From positions 3,720,001-3,784,000 of the forward strand of contig CM102284.1 in NCBI GenBank assembly GCA_046563655.1: a stretch of DNA of 64,000 bases, written 5' to 3'. This stretch comes from Yuukianura sp. NJ FZ-2021 (lineage: Eukaryota). The notes below the pieces were generated by a model. It ran no database searches, was not told where the DNA came from, and saw nothing but the letters and a program-made list of their open reading frames with translations. The position numbers and the translations under genes were made by a program. This document shows positions 50,060-64,000 of the stretch, in pieces. Each line of letters opens with the position of its first letter. Position 1 is the stretch's first letter.

Positions 50060-50998
50060 TCAACCTTCATAGAATTTTGGAAGCTGGTCTCCGGTGATGA
50101 GCTTCCGCTCAACTCCACTTTCGGTAATTACTGCAAGACGTACACATCCACCACTGCTTCCATCACGAGCAATTGCGAGAGTAAGTGCTGGAATGAGAAA
50201 AGGATTAGGAATATTGTTCGAATTTTTCAGAAGGAAATTGCAGATTTGATGATCACCTTTGGTGACAAAATCCATGCACTTTTCTTTAGACATTCCAGGT
50301 TTGAATTCAGAGTCAACGTAGCCGTAGATGTAAGATGAACCAGAACCACCAATTGACACTTTCTGACGGGTGATCATACCGCCAATTGGAATGGAGTAAA
50401 TCTGCCCTCCAAGGTGCTTGTCCCATCCAGCAACGAGAATACCAGCAGACATTTGATCCCGATACTGATAACAAAGATCCTTGAAGACAACTGCTGCAGA
50501 TCTCACTGCTGGCTCCTCCCCAGTTTGAACTCTAGGACATTCAAAATAATGTTATTCCAGAATTAAATATTCATATTTGTGTTTAGAACATGAAACAAAA
50601 TGCTTACTCATGGAATTCCAAATGATAGTTTACGATATCAGCAATTGCCTGGGTGTCAGCTGCTGAACCGGATCGGCAACAGTAAATCTTATCCGTAATT
50701 CGAGTTAATTTGTCAGTAACCCGGTTCGCAACGTACGCTCCAGTAGTAGTTCGCGTATCAGCTCCAATCACAACTCCACCTTCGAATTCAACGGCCATGA
50801 TAGATGTCTATTCAATCAAGCATTACCTCATTAGTAATTCCACATAAAAATAAATCTCCATGGTAGTGCTAATTACAAAACAATGCAATTATTGTTAAAT
50901 CTTACTCCGGTCATGTGCCGTTCTGTCATCCAATCCGGCTCCTCCATGTTCAACTGTGCTTTATGCTGTGAACGGTTGGTAATCGTTGAGTGCATCAT
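50060..50998 (-). CDS. PSMB6: Proteasome subunit beta type-6 (beta1), 4 exons
   Basis: Propeptide ...[46 protein letters not shown], plus [19 protein letters not shown] and RDGSSGG. Confidence 0.95.
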
Positions 50999-51374
50999 TC
51001 TTTTGCCCGGCTTGTGCAACGACGATTCTTGTGACCAATCTGAAATAATTTTTTAATCGATTGAAAGAATTGCGACTACTTCGTAAACAAAACAAATGTC
51101 GAATAGAGTGACCAGTGACCTGCAAAATCAAAATGTTGAATCTCTTCTCAAGAACAAAAAACTGAAAGTCAAAATTCAAAATGACTTTGCAGTTTGGTTC
51201 AATTTCGCGGGGCTTTTGTTTCAAAATTGTAAGCACAAAATCACCCAGTTTTTAGCATTTCCTGTATTTGGTCATTTTAATTCTTCAAATTAAACCTGCA
51301 TACTTTAACTACAAACGTAAGTTAATTTGACATTGAAACAATTATTATTAAAGTGATTCTAAACTAATTTACGT

Positions 51375-55231
<3,857 letters not shown>

Positions 55232-55612
55232 CTCTGGATCATAAAAACAGTTACAATAAAGCCGTATTACTAATCAATAGATCCCTTACGTTCTCGGTCT
55301 TGGAAAACCACTGCAATTCCCTTGCAATTAATAATTAGAAGGTAAAAAGTTAAAAATGTAATGATTAGTTAAATGTAAACAAAAAAAAGTCAACACTTTT
55401 GTTTGTCCAGAGCAGAGTAAAAGTCAGTTCAGTCTCAGTCACATGTTTCTCCAAAAAAAATTCTCCTCCCTCCCGTCCGAACTTCGCGCTAATTTTCTAG
55501 CGATTTCTTTAGGTTGAGACTTGATATCAGAAATTTTAGTCAACTCTGGAGGACTTTATAAAAATTTATTTGAACTTTGACCTCGAAAATATCTTAAACT
55601 CCTTAGCACTAT

Positions 55613-56829
55613 TCAACCAACTTGCATGGATTCGCTGGAGTCCTTCAGCTTGCTGTTTCTGAGAGTCTGGATCTTGCTTGCAATTACGCGATTGAGAGTA
55701 ATTCCGACTTTGGAAGCCATCTGAAACAATGAAGTCAAAAACCACCAATGTTTTATACTGAATAAGAAAGAATATAAATCGTATTACCTCTAGTACTCCT
55801 AATAAGTTTTTACAATTTACCTGAACTGAAGCAGTAATCGACCGTGTTTGGTAACATCCTCGTCCCAATTTATCAATTGATGTAATACTTCCATTTGGCG
55901 AAACACCGATAGCTAATTTTCCCTTGGAACAGGATTCTTCCTCGAGTGTTGCGTCAACGACGAAGTATTTTCCAACTCTAGGGAGTGTAATGATAATTGG
56001 AGACTGATCCACATCTAAATACGTAAATTTGAATTCATCGGTTGTAAAAACTGGAGTAGGTTCTCCTAAATCGTATCTCGTGTCTACAATCTTAGGAATT
56101 TCGCAAACTCCGAGGCAAAGTTTGACTCCCATTGAAATAACGTCGAGGAGATTCCCGCCACACTGAAGGACCTGGAACACAAACGTCAGCGTTACTACCA
56201 CCATTCTTCCAGAAACGATTCTGATTATATTGAACTTGGGGTTACCAGAATATCCACGCCGATCTCGTAGCAATGCTTTTGAGGAATAATACACAGCTTT
56301 TTCAAGTCAATGGTACCGGACTTTGTGAAGGAGGATGTTAAAATTCGACAAATTGTCTCTCCGAGCTGGTCACCACCTCGTCCTTCGAACTCAGGCGAAG
56401 CCGTAGGTGAGCTGCAATGCAAATTGTCCAAGAAAAAAGAAAATCATCGATAAATCTTATAACCTCCCTAGATTTGAATTGAAAAAAAATTAAGTTACCA
56501 GTCAACAAGGAAATTTATCTTCCCAAAATCAGGTTCCTCTTCAGCGGGAACACCAAGGTCAACTTTTGCAGCGACGATAACATCCGACTCAGCAAGTTTA
56601 ATTCGTATAGAACCATGGGAATTGGAGACACAGTTCATTTCAATGTCTCCGGATCTGTAGTCCAGCCGGGTTCTCCCGTCCACACGTTTGTCTTGCTGAA
56701 GGAATAAGGAAAATTCTTAACTGTCAAGCAACAAAAATGTCCAATAACCGCATTTAAAACGTTGTTGTTTACCGTGACCCCGACCACCAAATAGTACTTT
56801 TCCTCTTCACTCAATAGTATGTCCGCCAT
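55613..56829 (-). CDS. EXOSC7: Exosome complex component RRP42 (RNase PH fold), 5 exons
   Basis: MADILLSEEEKYYLVVGV..DKRVDGRTRLDYR, SNSHGS, SPEFEGRGG, LQCGGNLLD and VVDATLEEE. Confidence 0.9.
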
Positions 56830-57330
56830 TAGGTCTCAGAAGTTGCCAGTTCGTCTCTTACGTGATTGTTCATGAGCTCAGAGCGTCTATTAGCGAAAAC
56901 AATTATTAATCGTATCGTCGTATCGGTGTGGTAAAAAAATCCGTAAAAACAAAAAATCACAACCAAAAAAACAAAACCCAACGCGACAGATGATCTGATG
57001 ATCCTGTTCCCGCTAAACTCCATGCAAAAGTTAAACAGCTGTCTCACTCACACGCATATGTCATACGGAGCTTCGTTTCGACTCATCTTGTTTTGTTTGT
57101 AAGTTTCTGATTCTTTCTAATTAATTTAATTATTATTGATAATTGTTTTGGCTGCTTTTAATTACTTGTTACTCGTTAACTTAGGTGGTATAACTTGCGG
57201 AAAAGAAGAAACTTTGCACAGGAAGAAACGGCGGCCCGAGCACCGTTAAGACATTTTACTGACATCGGTAACGGCGGGCGGGCAGGGGCACGGACGTTGA
57301 CTTTAATTGTTATTAATCCACAATCCCGGA
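56830..57330. promoter_or_regulatory. Probable bidirectional promoter region between EXOSC7 and CtIP
   Basis: Head-to-head start codons ~500 bp apart; inferred from gene geometry only. Confidence 0.4.
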
Positions 57331-59054
57331 ATGATGATTGATGAGAGTTGGGTTAAAAGGATTCTGGAGCGTATAGAAGCGAAAGTGGACACTTTACAAG
57401 AAGAAATGAAACGGCAGAGAGAAGCTATTCTTACATGCTCGGACAATGTCAATCTTACAAAGAAAAATACGAATACGTTGGTAAATACTCTAGGTGTCGG
57501 CCCAACTGGAGTAGGTAAGTTTTACTATGCTTAATTTCCGCATTTTCATTAACTTAAGAAGCTCTTGTAACTGACTCCTATGTTATGTTTTCTACCTACG
57601 ATAGATATTATGAGAAAGCCAAAGCAAGCGACTCTGCAGAACTGGGTCAAGAAACCACCGGTTAGATCTCCACAAAAACTGGATCTTACTAAGCTTTCCA
57701 GCTATACAGGCGGTGAAAGGAAATCCAGCCAAAGCCAACACACGTCGAAAAATATTGAGAAAGAAATGGATACCAGTACGAAACTAGATTCTGCGTATTT
57801 CCCTGAAACGCAAAGATTTGCATCCTCAGATCCAATGCCTTTAGTAGGCGCAACTGTCATTTCTAGCGACAACATTTCACCACAACTTCCACCTAAATCA
57901 TCATCAACGCCAGCAGCGACCAAGAAACAAGAGAAGGATGATCTCATCGAAGAAATTACCATTAACGACGCCGATGAGAACGACTACAGTTGGCGCATCT
58001 TGCATTCACCTTCTAAGACTCAGCACAAATTCAAAACACTGCCAAAGAAGGATAGCAGCATGTCGCCCGTGCTCATTCGTCACCGAAATCATCCAGAAGA
58101 TTTTACTTTTACTGTTCCACCTCCTACTACAGCAATACCCTCGAAAAAACTTAAGTTCTCTTCTCCACTGAAAATGGAGGTGTCAAAAAACGATGTCGTT
58201 TCTAGAAATAACCCAAAGATTTCTGTTCCAAAAGAGGCTGAAGAAGTTGATTACGATTCGGATGAGACAATTTTCAATGACACCGAAATGGATCAGTTCC
58301 CGCCCACCCCACCGCCAGTTTCGAGACGCGCAGGAACTTCGGCAGTCGCTGGGACTTCGTCAATCGCTGGAACTTCGACTGCACCTCCGTCGAAAACTAG
58401 TTCTAATTCACGAGTGCCTTCGAGGATTATTGCTGACTTCGACAGGTACTTTTTAATAACTTTTTGAAACAACCAAACCTAACATTTTACTCATTCCACA
58501 TTTCCAATGTCTTTAAACTCAAATAGACTTCCGCAACCAGTATCCAAAGAGCCAAATTTTGCGTACAAACCTGAGAAAGCTATTCGAAAGAAAGCAGAGC
58601 GAAAGAAGCTTCCGGGTTGGGATTGTCCCTCTTGTAGAGATGTGAGTTATCACATGATTGACAAATCATTTAATTAATTTTTCATTGATTAATTAAGCGT
58701 GTTGTGATGTCCGATTTTATGTACTTATAATTTATCTTTGCAGTACTATGAAGCAGTAGGGTCACAGTTGGGACCTGGAGAACTTGAAAAACTGAGGAAT
58801 AAGTGTTCAAAACATCGCTCCAAACTTCCCGAGCCAGATTTTTTACAGAATACTCCACGGTGTACGTTACATGTTCAACCAAACATTGATCAATTACTAA
58901 TTACTACAATTAATTTGGTCATTTTCTTGCAATAGATTTCTGGGACTTGGACTTTCCTTCCACCCAAGAATGTATTCAGAATGGTCTCATTCGTTTCGGT
59001 GAGCGATCTCAAGTTCATCAACCTTCAGCAAAGGTACCGCGATCATTTCAGTAA
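57331..59054 (+). CDS. RBBP8: CtIP/Sae2-family DNA end-resection factor, 5 exons, ~458 aa
   Basis: N-terminal coiled coil and S/T/P-rich linker. C-terminal RKKAERKKLPGWDCPSCRDYY...CSKHR...NTPRYFWDLDFPSTQ carries the CxxC, an RHR-like motif and the TP and TQ phosphosites. Exons 57331-57514, 57605-58445, 58527-58641, 58744-58861 and 58936-59054. Confidence 0.88.
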
Positions 59055-59155
59055 ACTTTGTCCGCGATTATTGTTTATGTACGCATGGTAAATCGGAAAC
59101 TTCAGGGGGGATTTCGAATACAAAAGGTGGAATTCAAAGTGATTTTTGAAGTACT

Positions 59156-59799
59156 GGGCTGACATTTTGGTACACTTAGGACGTCCTAAGTTTAGGATAG
59201 GACAAAACTTAGGATGACTTAGGACAAACGAGATTTTGGTATAGTTAGGATCAACATGATCCCAGAATTATCCTAAATCGTTACAATCATCGCCTATTCG
59301 TACGTTTAACAGAAACAAATTAATTTTAGCAATAATTCCTACAACTAAATAATAATTAATTGCCATTCTGTTTTTCGTTGTTACTTTTTACTCAGTTTAG
59401 TTTTAATCGACTATTATTGCATTGAAACTGTGTTTGATTAATATATATATGATTGTTATAATTAATTTATGCATAAGTAACTCGATTTCATGCCGTATTA
59501 ACGCAAAATCTGAATTTAAAAGTGAAATTACAATAGTTAGGACTGAGTTAGGCATAGCAGAGACCGACCCTAAAGTTAGGACAAATTCTTGGACAGATAG
59601 GAGCGCCTAACTCTACCAAAATATTGGCAGTCCTAAGTACCCTTTTTCTATTGCCCAAGTTCAGACTTAGGACCATGCTAGGATTTGCTACCAAAATCCC
59701 ACCAGTTAGGAAATCCTAGCACAGTCCCAACTTTTGTCCCAAATAGTTAGGATCCGCCTAAGTTAGGAGATCCTAAGTTTGCTACCAAAATGTCAGCCC
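59156..59799. mobile_element. Non-autonomous TIR element (MITE), 644 bp
   Basis: 17-bp perfect TIR GGGCTGACATTTTGGTA/TACCAAAATGTCAGCCC. Flanks TGAAGTACT and TGAAGTCT look like an 8-9 bp TSD with one indel. Many internal TTAGG/CCTAA and CTACCAAAAT motifs; no coding capacity. Confidence 0.85.
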
Positions 59800-59898
59800 T
59801 GAAGTCTAATTTTTGAAACACATTGTTAGATATTAAAACAAAGTGATAATCAATCAATTAAAAGTGACTTCGAATATTCAAGTATTAAGTCACCAAGT

Positions 59899-62800
59899 GA
59901 TGGAGAATTTTGAGGATCTGATTCTGACTGTCGTCCCTGAGGGGCAAGAAGCAGAAACTTTAGCGGCTGCTGGATCGAACGAAGGGCAGCGAACAATTGT
60001 TGTCACCGAAGTTCGTAACAATCCTCAAGAGGAAGATGACAGCAAGAATAAGCAAATAGAAAGTTTACAAGGCAGAGTTGAGCAACTGGAAGACCAAGTC
60101 CATTTCTTGGAAGATGAGTTGCGGATTATGCGACGAAAAATTCATGCCAGCATGCCGTCAAATAGCTACAATACTATTCGGCGAACTGTACTTGAAGTTC
60201 TGAGTAAACAAACGTTGAAGGTTTCTCTCTCCGATTTTGAAGATGAAATGGGTAAGTTCGCTTTTCACTCCAAAATACTTACGAGGCATGCTTTTTCACG
60301 TGATCTCGAAATTTTGAATTTTAGAGTTATAGTCGAGTTCCTGAAGTAAGCACAAACATTTTGGTGCTAATTTTAGTTGCGAACGCAAAAAAAAAAAAAA
60401 AATTCTACCCCAGTATTTGAACCTGCGTTCCCCGCCTCAAAGAACAAAAAATGACAAAACGCTTTCTCCCCCGCCACACAGGGGATTTCATGGACACCTG
60501 GATGAATATTCTCCCCTTTGTCGTCGACACAAAAACGTTTTTTTCACGGGAGAAAATTAATTTCAAAAACTCCGTTTTTTTTCAAAAAATGGACGTGAAT
60601 CCAATCGAAATTGCGAAAAAGTTCGTCAAAATTGTTGAGTATGAGTTTGGAGAGTATAATCTATCCACTATGTGTGAAAGTACAGACGCTTTTGCTGACA
60701 AGTTGTACTCAACTTTCCTCCAGCTCCTTGATGACTTTGTTTTTGGAGAAGAAGAGGACTTGATAGCTCCAGGTAAGTGAAAGTCAAAAGTTTCTCTCAA
60801 TAGTCCCTTCAAAAATGTTCCACAACTTTGTTTTTATACATTTTTTAGACACAGTCGATGAAAATTTTGAATCGGAAGATGAAAGTATTGAGGCCAACGA
60901 AATCCCTTTACGCGAAAAGAAAAGAATACTGGATTTTGTTGACTTACATCCTAACTACAGCCTACCTACTCTAAAACGTAAAGGATGTGCTTCACTTCCA
61001 TCCAAATCTCGTCTACCCTTTTGGAGAAAGCAAATTCTGGAAGGAGGAACGAAACGAGAAAAGCTACGCCAAATTAACAAGTTTGTGCTTCAAAATTTTG
61101 TGGCTTCACGTGACTCAGGCAAAATCCTCCGGACAAAAAATCTGCAACAGTGGGGAATTCAAAAGGCAACCGAAATTCAAGCAAATTTTTTTAGAGCAAG
61201 CAGAAGTTGGGCTGACAATTTTAAATCAAAACATCGAATTAAAAGCCGTCGAATCAACCTTCTCCTAAGCCGTCATGAAGTATCAAATTCAGAGGATCTC
61301 ATGGAGAAAGCAGAATCGTTTCGAGTGAAAGTGAAGGAGAAAATGAAAAATTACACACCAGCCCAAATCATCAATACTGACCAGTGTGGTTTTGCCTACG
61401 AAATTTATTCTGCAAGGACCTTAAACTTCATAGGAGAAAAGAGGGTGAAAGGCTGCGTCCTTTCTCCAAAAAATCTAGTGACACATACATATACTGTGCA
61501 GTATGTCATTTCTGCTCAAGGAAATATTGTTGGGAATGTGTTCATTTGTCTCCAAGAAAACAGCGGAAGGATTGGACCAATAGTGGAAAACTCACTTTTT
61601 CCAGCACCAAACGTGACCTTGACCTGCAGCCATTCGGGAAAACTCAACTCCAGTTTGGTTAAATACTTCAACGAGAAAGTGGTAGCTCCGGAAATGAAAG
61701 AAGACTTTCTCTACCTGATTGATTCTTGGAAAGGTCAAACAAATTTAGACCTTTATGATGAAGTTTTTGGAGAAAGTACAGTGAAAGCAGAAGTTCTCGT
61801 CATACCTGAAAAATGTACCTCAACTTGCCAACCCCTGGACACATATTTCCATCGTCAATTGAAAATTCTAGCTCGAGCAATAATCAACCACTGTGACATT
61901 TTTGTGGAACCAAATGGAATCCATCCACAAGACCGCATAACAACAAGAAATGGAATCATAAAAATGCAAAGCCTACTTCACCACCAATTATCAGCTCCAG
62001 TCTTCAATGCCATGATTCGTTATTGCTTTTTTTCAGCAGGATTTCTGGAAGAAGATGACAAGGAGGAATTTTTATCAGTTCAACAGGTCTGTTTTCACTG
62101 GGAAAAGGAAAATTCCACTATTTGTGAAATTTGCGCAAAGGAAAATCGGTTCATTCGTTGCAGCCGTTGTTTTAAAACTTTATGTTTTTCTTGTTTTTTT
62201 TTTATGTACCACTTGGCGGAGTGTCAAAAGTAATTAAAAAGTTTTACTGAAATTAAATTTGAAAAAGTTTTTGGTGAAAGTGAATTATGGTGGCTAATAT
62301 CTAACTATTTACATTCGCTAGATTGAAGTTTACCTGGTGTTGCATGTGAGAAAGCGTCTGGGCGTTTTTTGTCCTTTGAGGCGGGGACGCGGGTTCAAAT
62401 ACTGGGGTAGAATTTTTAGAATTTTTTTTTTTTTTGCGTTCGCAACTAAAACTACCACCAAAATGTTTGTGCTTACATCAGGAACTCGACTACAACTCTA
62501 GAATTCCAAATTTCGAGATCACGTGGAAAAGCATCCCTCGTTAGTACATCCAACTTATCGTTATGCTTGTTTACGTTTATTATAGTAACATTGTTTGTAA
62601 CAGAATCGGAAGAACCAGTCGGACGATCCCATCAAAGTCAAGGGCAGAAAAGACGCAGGTATGAGAATGGATTCTCTGACGCAGAAGAAGACGATGATTT
62701 CAGCGAAGATGAACCCATAGGGAGAGAACCCCGAGTTCGTAAACGTAGACGTCCGGGTCGTCCACCGAAGGGATCAACACGGAAGCGTAATTAATTGACT

Positions 62801-63006
62801 CCACACAGTTTAGATTACATTTTCGAAAAGGCACTAGCCATGACTAAACCTTTGTCACTTGAAATTGCTTTGTATAGCCAAGACGTTTCGGGTAGAACTG
62901 ACTCCGCCTCCACCTAAGGTCAGTCGTCCGAGGGGAAGGCCGCGGCGGGTAGCCAAACAGGAAGAGGATCTGCCGAACGCTGAAACTGAAGACAATATGG
63001 ACTCAC
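59899..63006 (+). CDS. Uncharacterised coiled-coil plus AT-hook protein exons (59899-60251, 62604-62787, 62878-63006); 3' end unresolved
   Basis: Heptad-rich IESLQGRVEQLEDQVHFLEDELRIMRRKI, phase-1 GT-AG introns that keep the frame, AT-hooks RRPGRPPK and RPRGRPRR, and an acidic stretch. Confidence 0.6.
60282..62540 (+). mobile_element. Tc4/Tc5-type (pogo-related) DNA transposon, 2.26 kb, inserted in an intron
   Basis: Imperfect TIRs of ~200 bp begin CGAGG(C/G)ATGCTTTT. TTA is duplicated on both sides (60279-60281, 62541-62543), reconstituting a CTTAG empty site. Confidence 0.9.
60589..62233 (+). CDS. Tc5-like transposase (CENP-B-type HTH, DD38D catalytic domain, Cys-rich C-terminus), 2 exons, ~522 aa
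   Basis: FRASRSWADNFKSKHRI, NTDQCG, LIDSWKGQ, QPLDTYF, and C-terminal CEICAKENRFIRCSRCFKTLCFSCFFFMYH. Intron 60773-60848 is in frame. Confidence 0.9.
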
Positions 63007-63079
63007 GTAAGTTATTTACTTCAACGCTCAATATTAAAAAAACAGTATTTTTTAATACTGGTTCATTGCAACCGCTGAA

Positions 63080-63919
63080 AGGAATACCCTCGAAAAACTT
63101 AAATAGGTTGTAAAAAAACGATATAAGTTTCTAGAAACAACTCAAAAATTCCATCTTCAAAAGAAGTTGACGTTGTTGACTATGATTCGGATGAGACAAT
63201 TTTCAATGACACAGAAATCGAACAGTTTCCACCTACTCCACCACCAGCTCAAGTTTCGAGACGCTCTGGAACTTCGTCAGTCGCTGGAACGTTGACTGCA
63301 TCTCAAAGGAAAACTAATTCGAATTCAAGGCCACCTTCCAGACTCATTGCTGACTTCGACAGGTACTTTTTAAAAGTTTTGTTAAACGAAACATTTTATG
63401 CACTTGGTACATATTGACAATGGTTTTAAACTTACATAGACTTCCGCAACCAGTATCCAAGGAACCAAATTTTGCCTACAAACCTGAGAAAGCCATTCGA
63501 AAGAAAGCAGAGCGAAAGAATCTTCCAGGGTGGGATTGCCCCTCTTGCCGATGCGTAAGTTGTCGAATAGCTGACGATTATTAATTAATACTTTTTCGTG
63601 AAGTCTACATGATCTTTTTCGATTGATGTTTTCAGTATTATGAAGCCATGGAGTCACAATTGGGACCTGGAGAACTTGAAAAACTGAGGAATAAGTGTTC
63701 AAAACATCGCTCCAAACTTCCCGAGCCAGATTTTTTACATAATACTCCACGGTGTACGTTACCTGTTCAACCAAACATTGATCAATTACTAATTACTACA
63801 ATTAATTTGGTCATTTTCTTGTAATAGATTTCTGGGACTTGGACTTTCCTTCCACCCAAGAATGTATTCAGAATGGTCTCATTCGTTTCGGTGAGCGATC
63901 TCAAGTTCATCAACCGTAA
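63080..63919 (+). CDS. Duplicated 3' half of CtIP (second copy of the SAE2-type domain); either the 3' part of a chimeric gene or a recent pseudogene
   Basis: Homologous to ~58130-59110, with 3' homology running to the window end. Three introns are at the same positions. The frame is open from ~63128 to TAA at 63917-63919, 8 codons earlier than copy 1. The 5' edge (63080-63127) has indels. Confidence 0.7.
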
Positions 63920-64000
63920 GCAAAGGTACCGCGATCATTCCGGTCAACTTCGTCTGCGATTTTTATTTATGTACGCATATTACATCGGAAACTTCAGGGG

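Noticed and set aside
50808-50905. PSMB6 intron exactly at the propeptide Gly|Thr cleavage site
   Set aside because: As I recall, this matches the intron position in other animal PSMB6 genes, so it is not novel.
58682-58882. Minus-strand ORF MVEHVTYTVEY... and its near-identical twin at 63382-63774
   Set aside because: Antisense shadows of the duplicated CtIP exons.
62334-62410. Possible tRNA gene
   Set aside because: No complete cloverleaf, an internal T6 run, and it is part of a transposon TIR; kept only as a tRNA-like motif.
60278-62544. Alternative reading of the Tc5-like element with a TA target duplication
   Set aside because: An exact direct TTA repeat flanks the CGAGG/CCTCG termini and fits the Tc4/Tc5 TNA rule; the extra symmetry comes from a palindromic target.

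Overview
This is AT-rich, intron-containing eukaryotic genomic DNA from a compact animal genome, probably an arthropod (inferred from the Cad87A-like cadherin and insect-type Tet CXXC exon). Host genes in order: Tet 5' exon (-), TMEM267 (-), Cad87A-like cadherin (-), a C2H2 zinc-finger gene (-), H2A.Z (+), SLC26A11-like (-), OXLD1 (-), an atypical MsrA (+), PAN2 (+), PSMB6 (-), LONP1 (-), EXOSC7 (-) and CtIP/RBBP8 (+). Mobile DNA comprises a 4.2-kb CMC/EnSpm-type transposon with two overlapping genes, a 2.26-kb Tc4/Tc5-type transposon in a CTNAG target, a TTAGG-rich MITE, a DINE/HINE-like element and small foldbacks. The most striking region is 57.3-64 kb. There the 3' half of CtIP is duplicated and conserved at the protein level, with an apparent recent gene-conversion tract, and it can be spliced in frame to an upstream coiled-coil/AT-hook gene, suggesting a chimeric CtIP paralog. 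Also notable are an MsrA with a rewritten active site and a Nab2-type CCCH finger inside PAN2. All exon structures were inferred by eye from splice signals and reading frame; no database searches were run.
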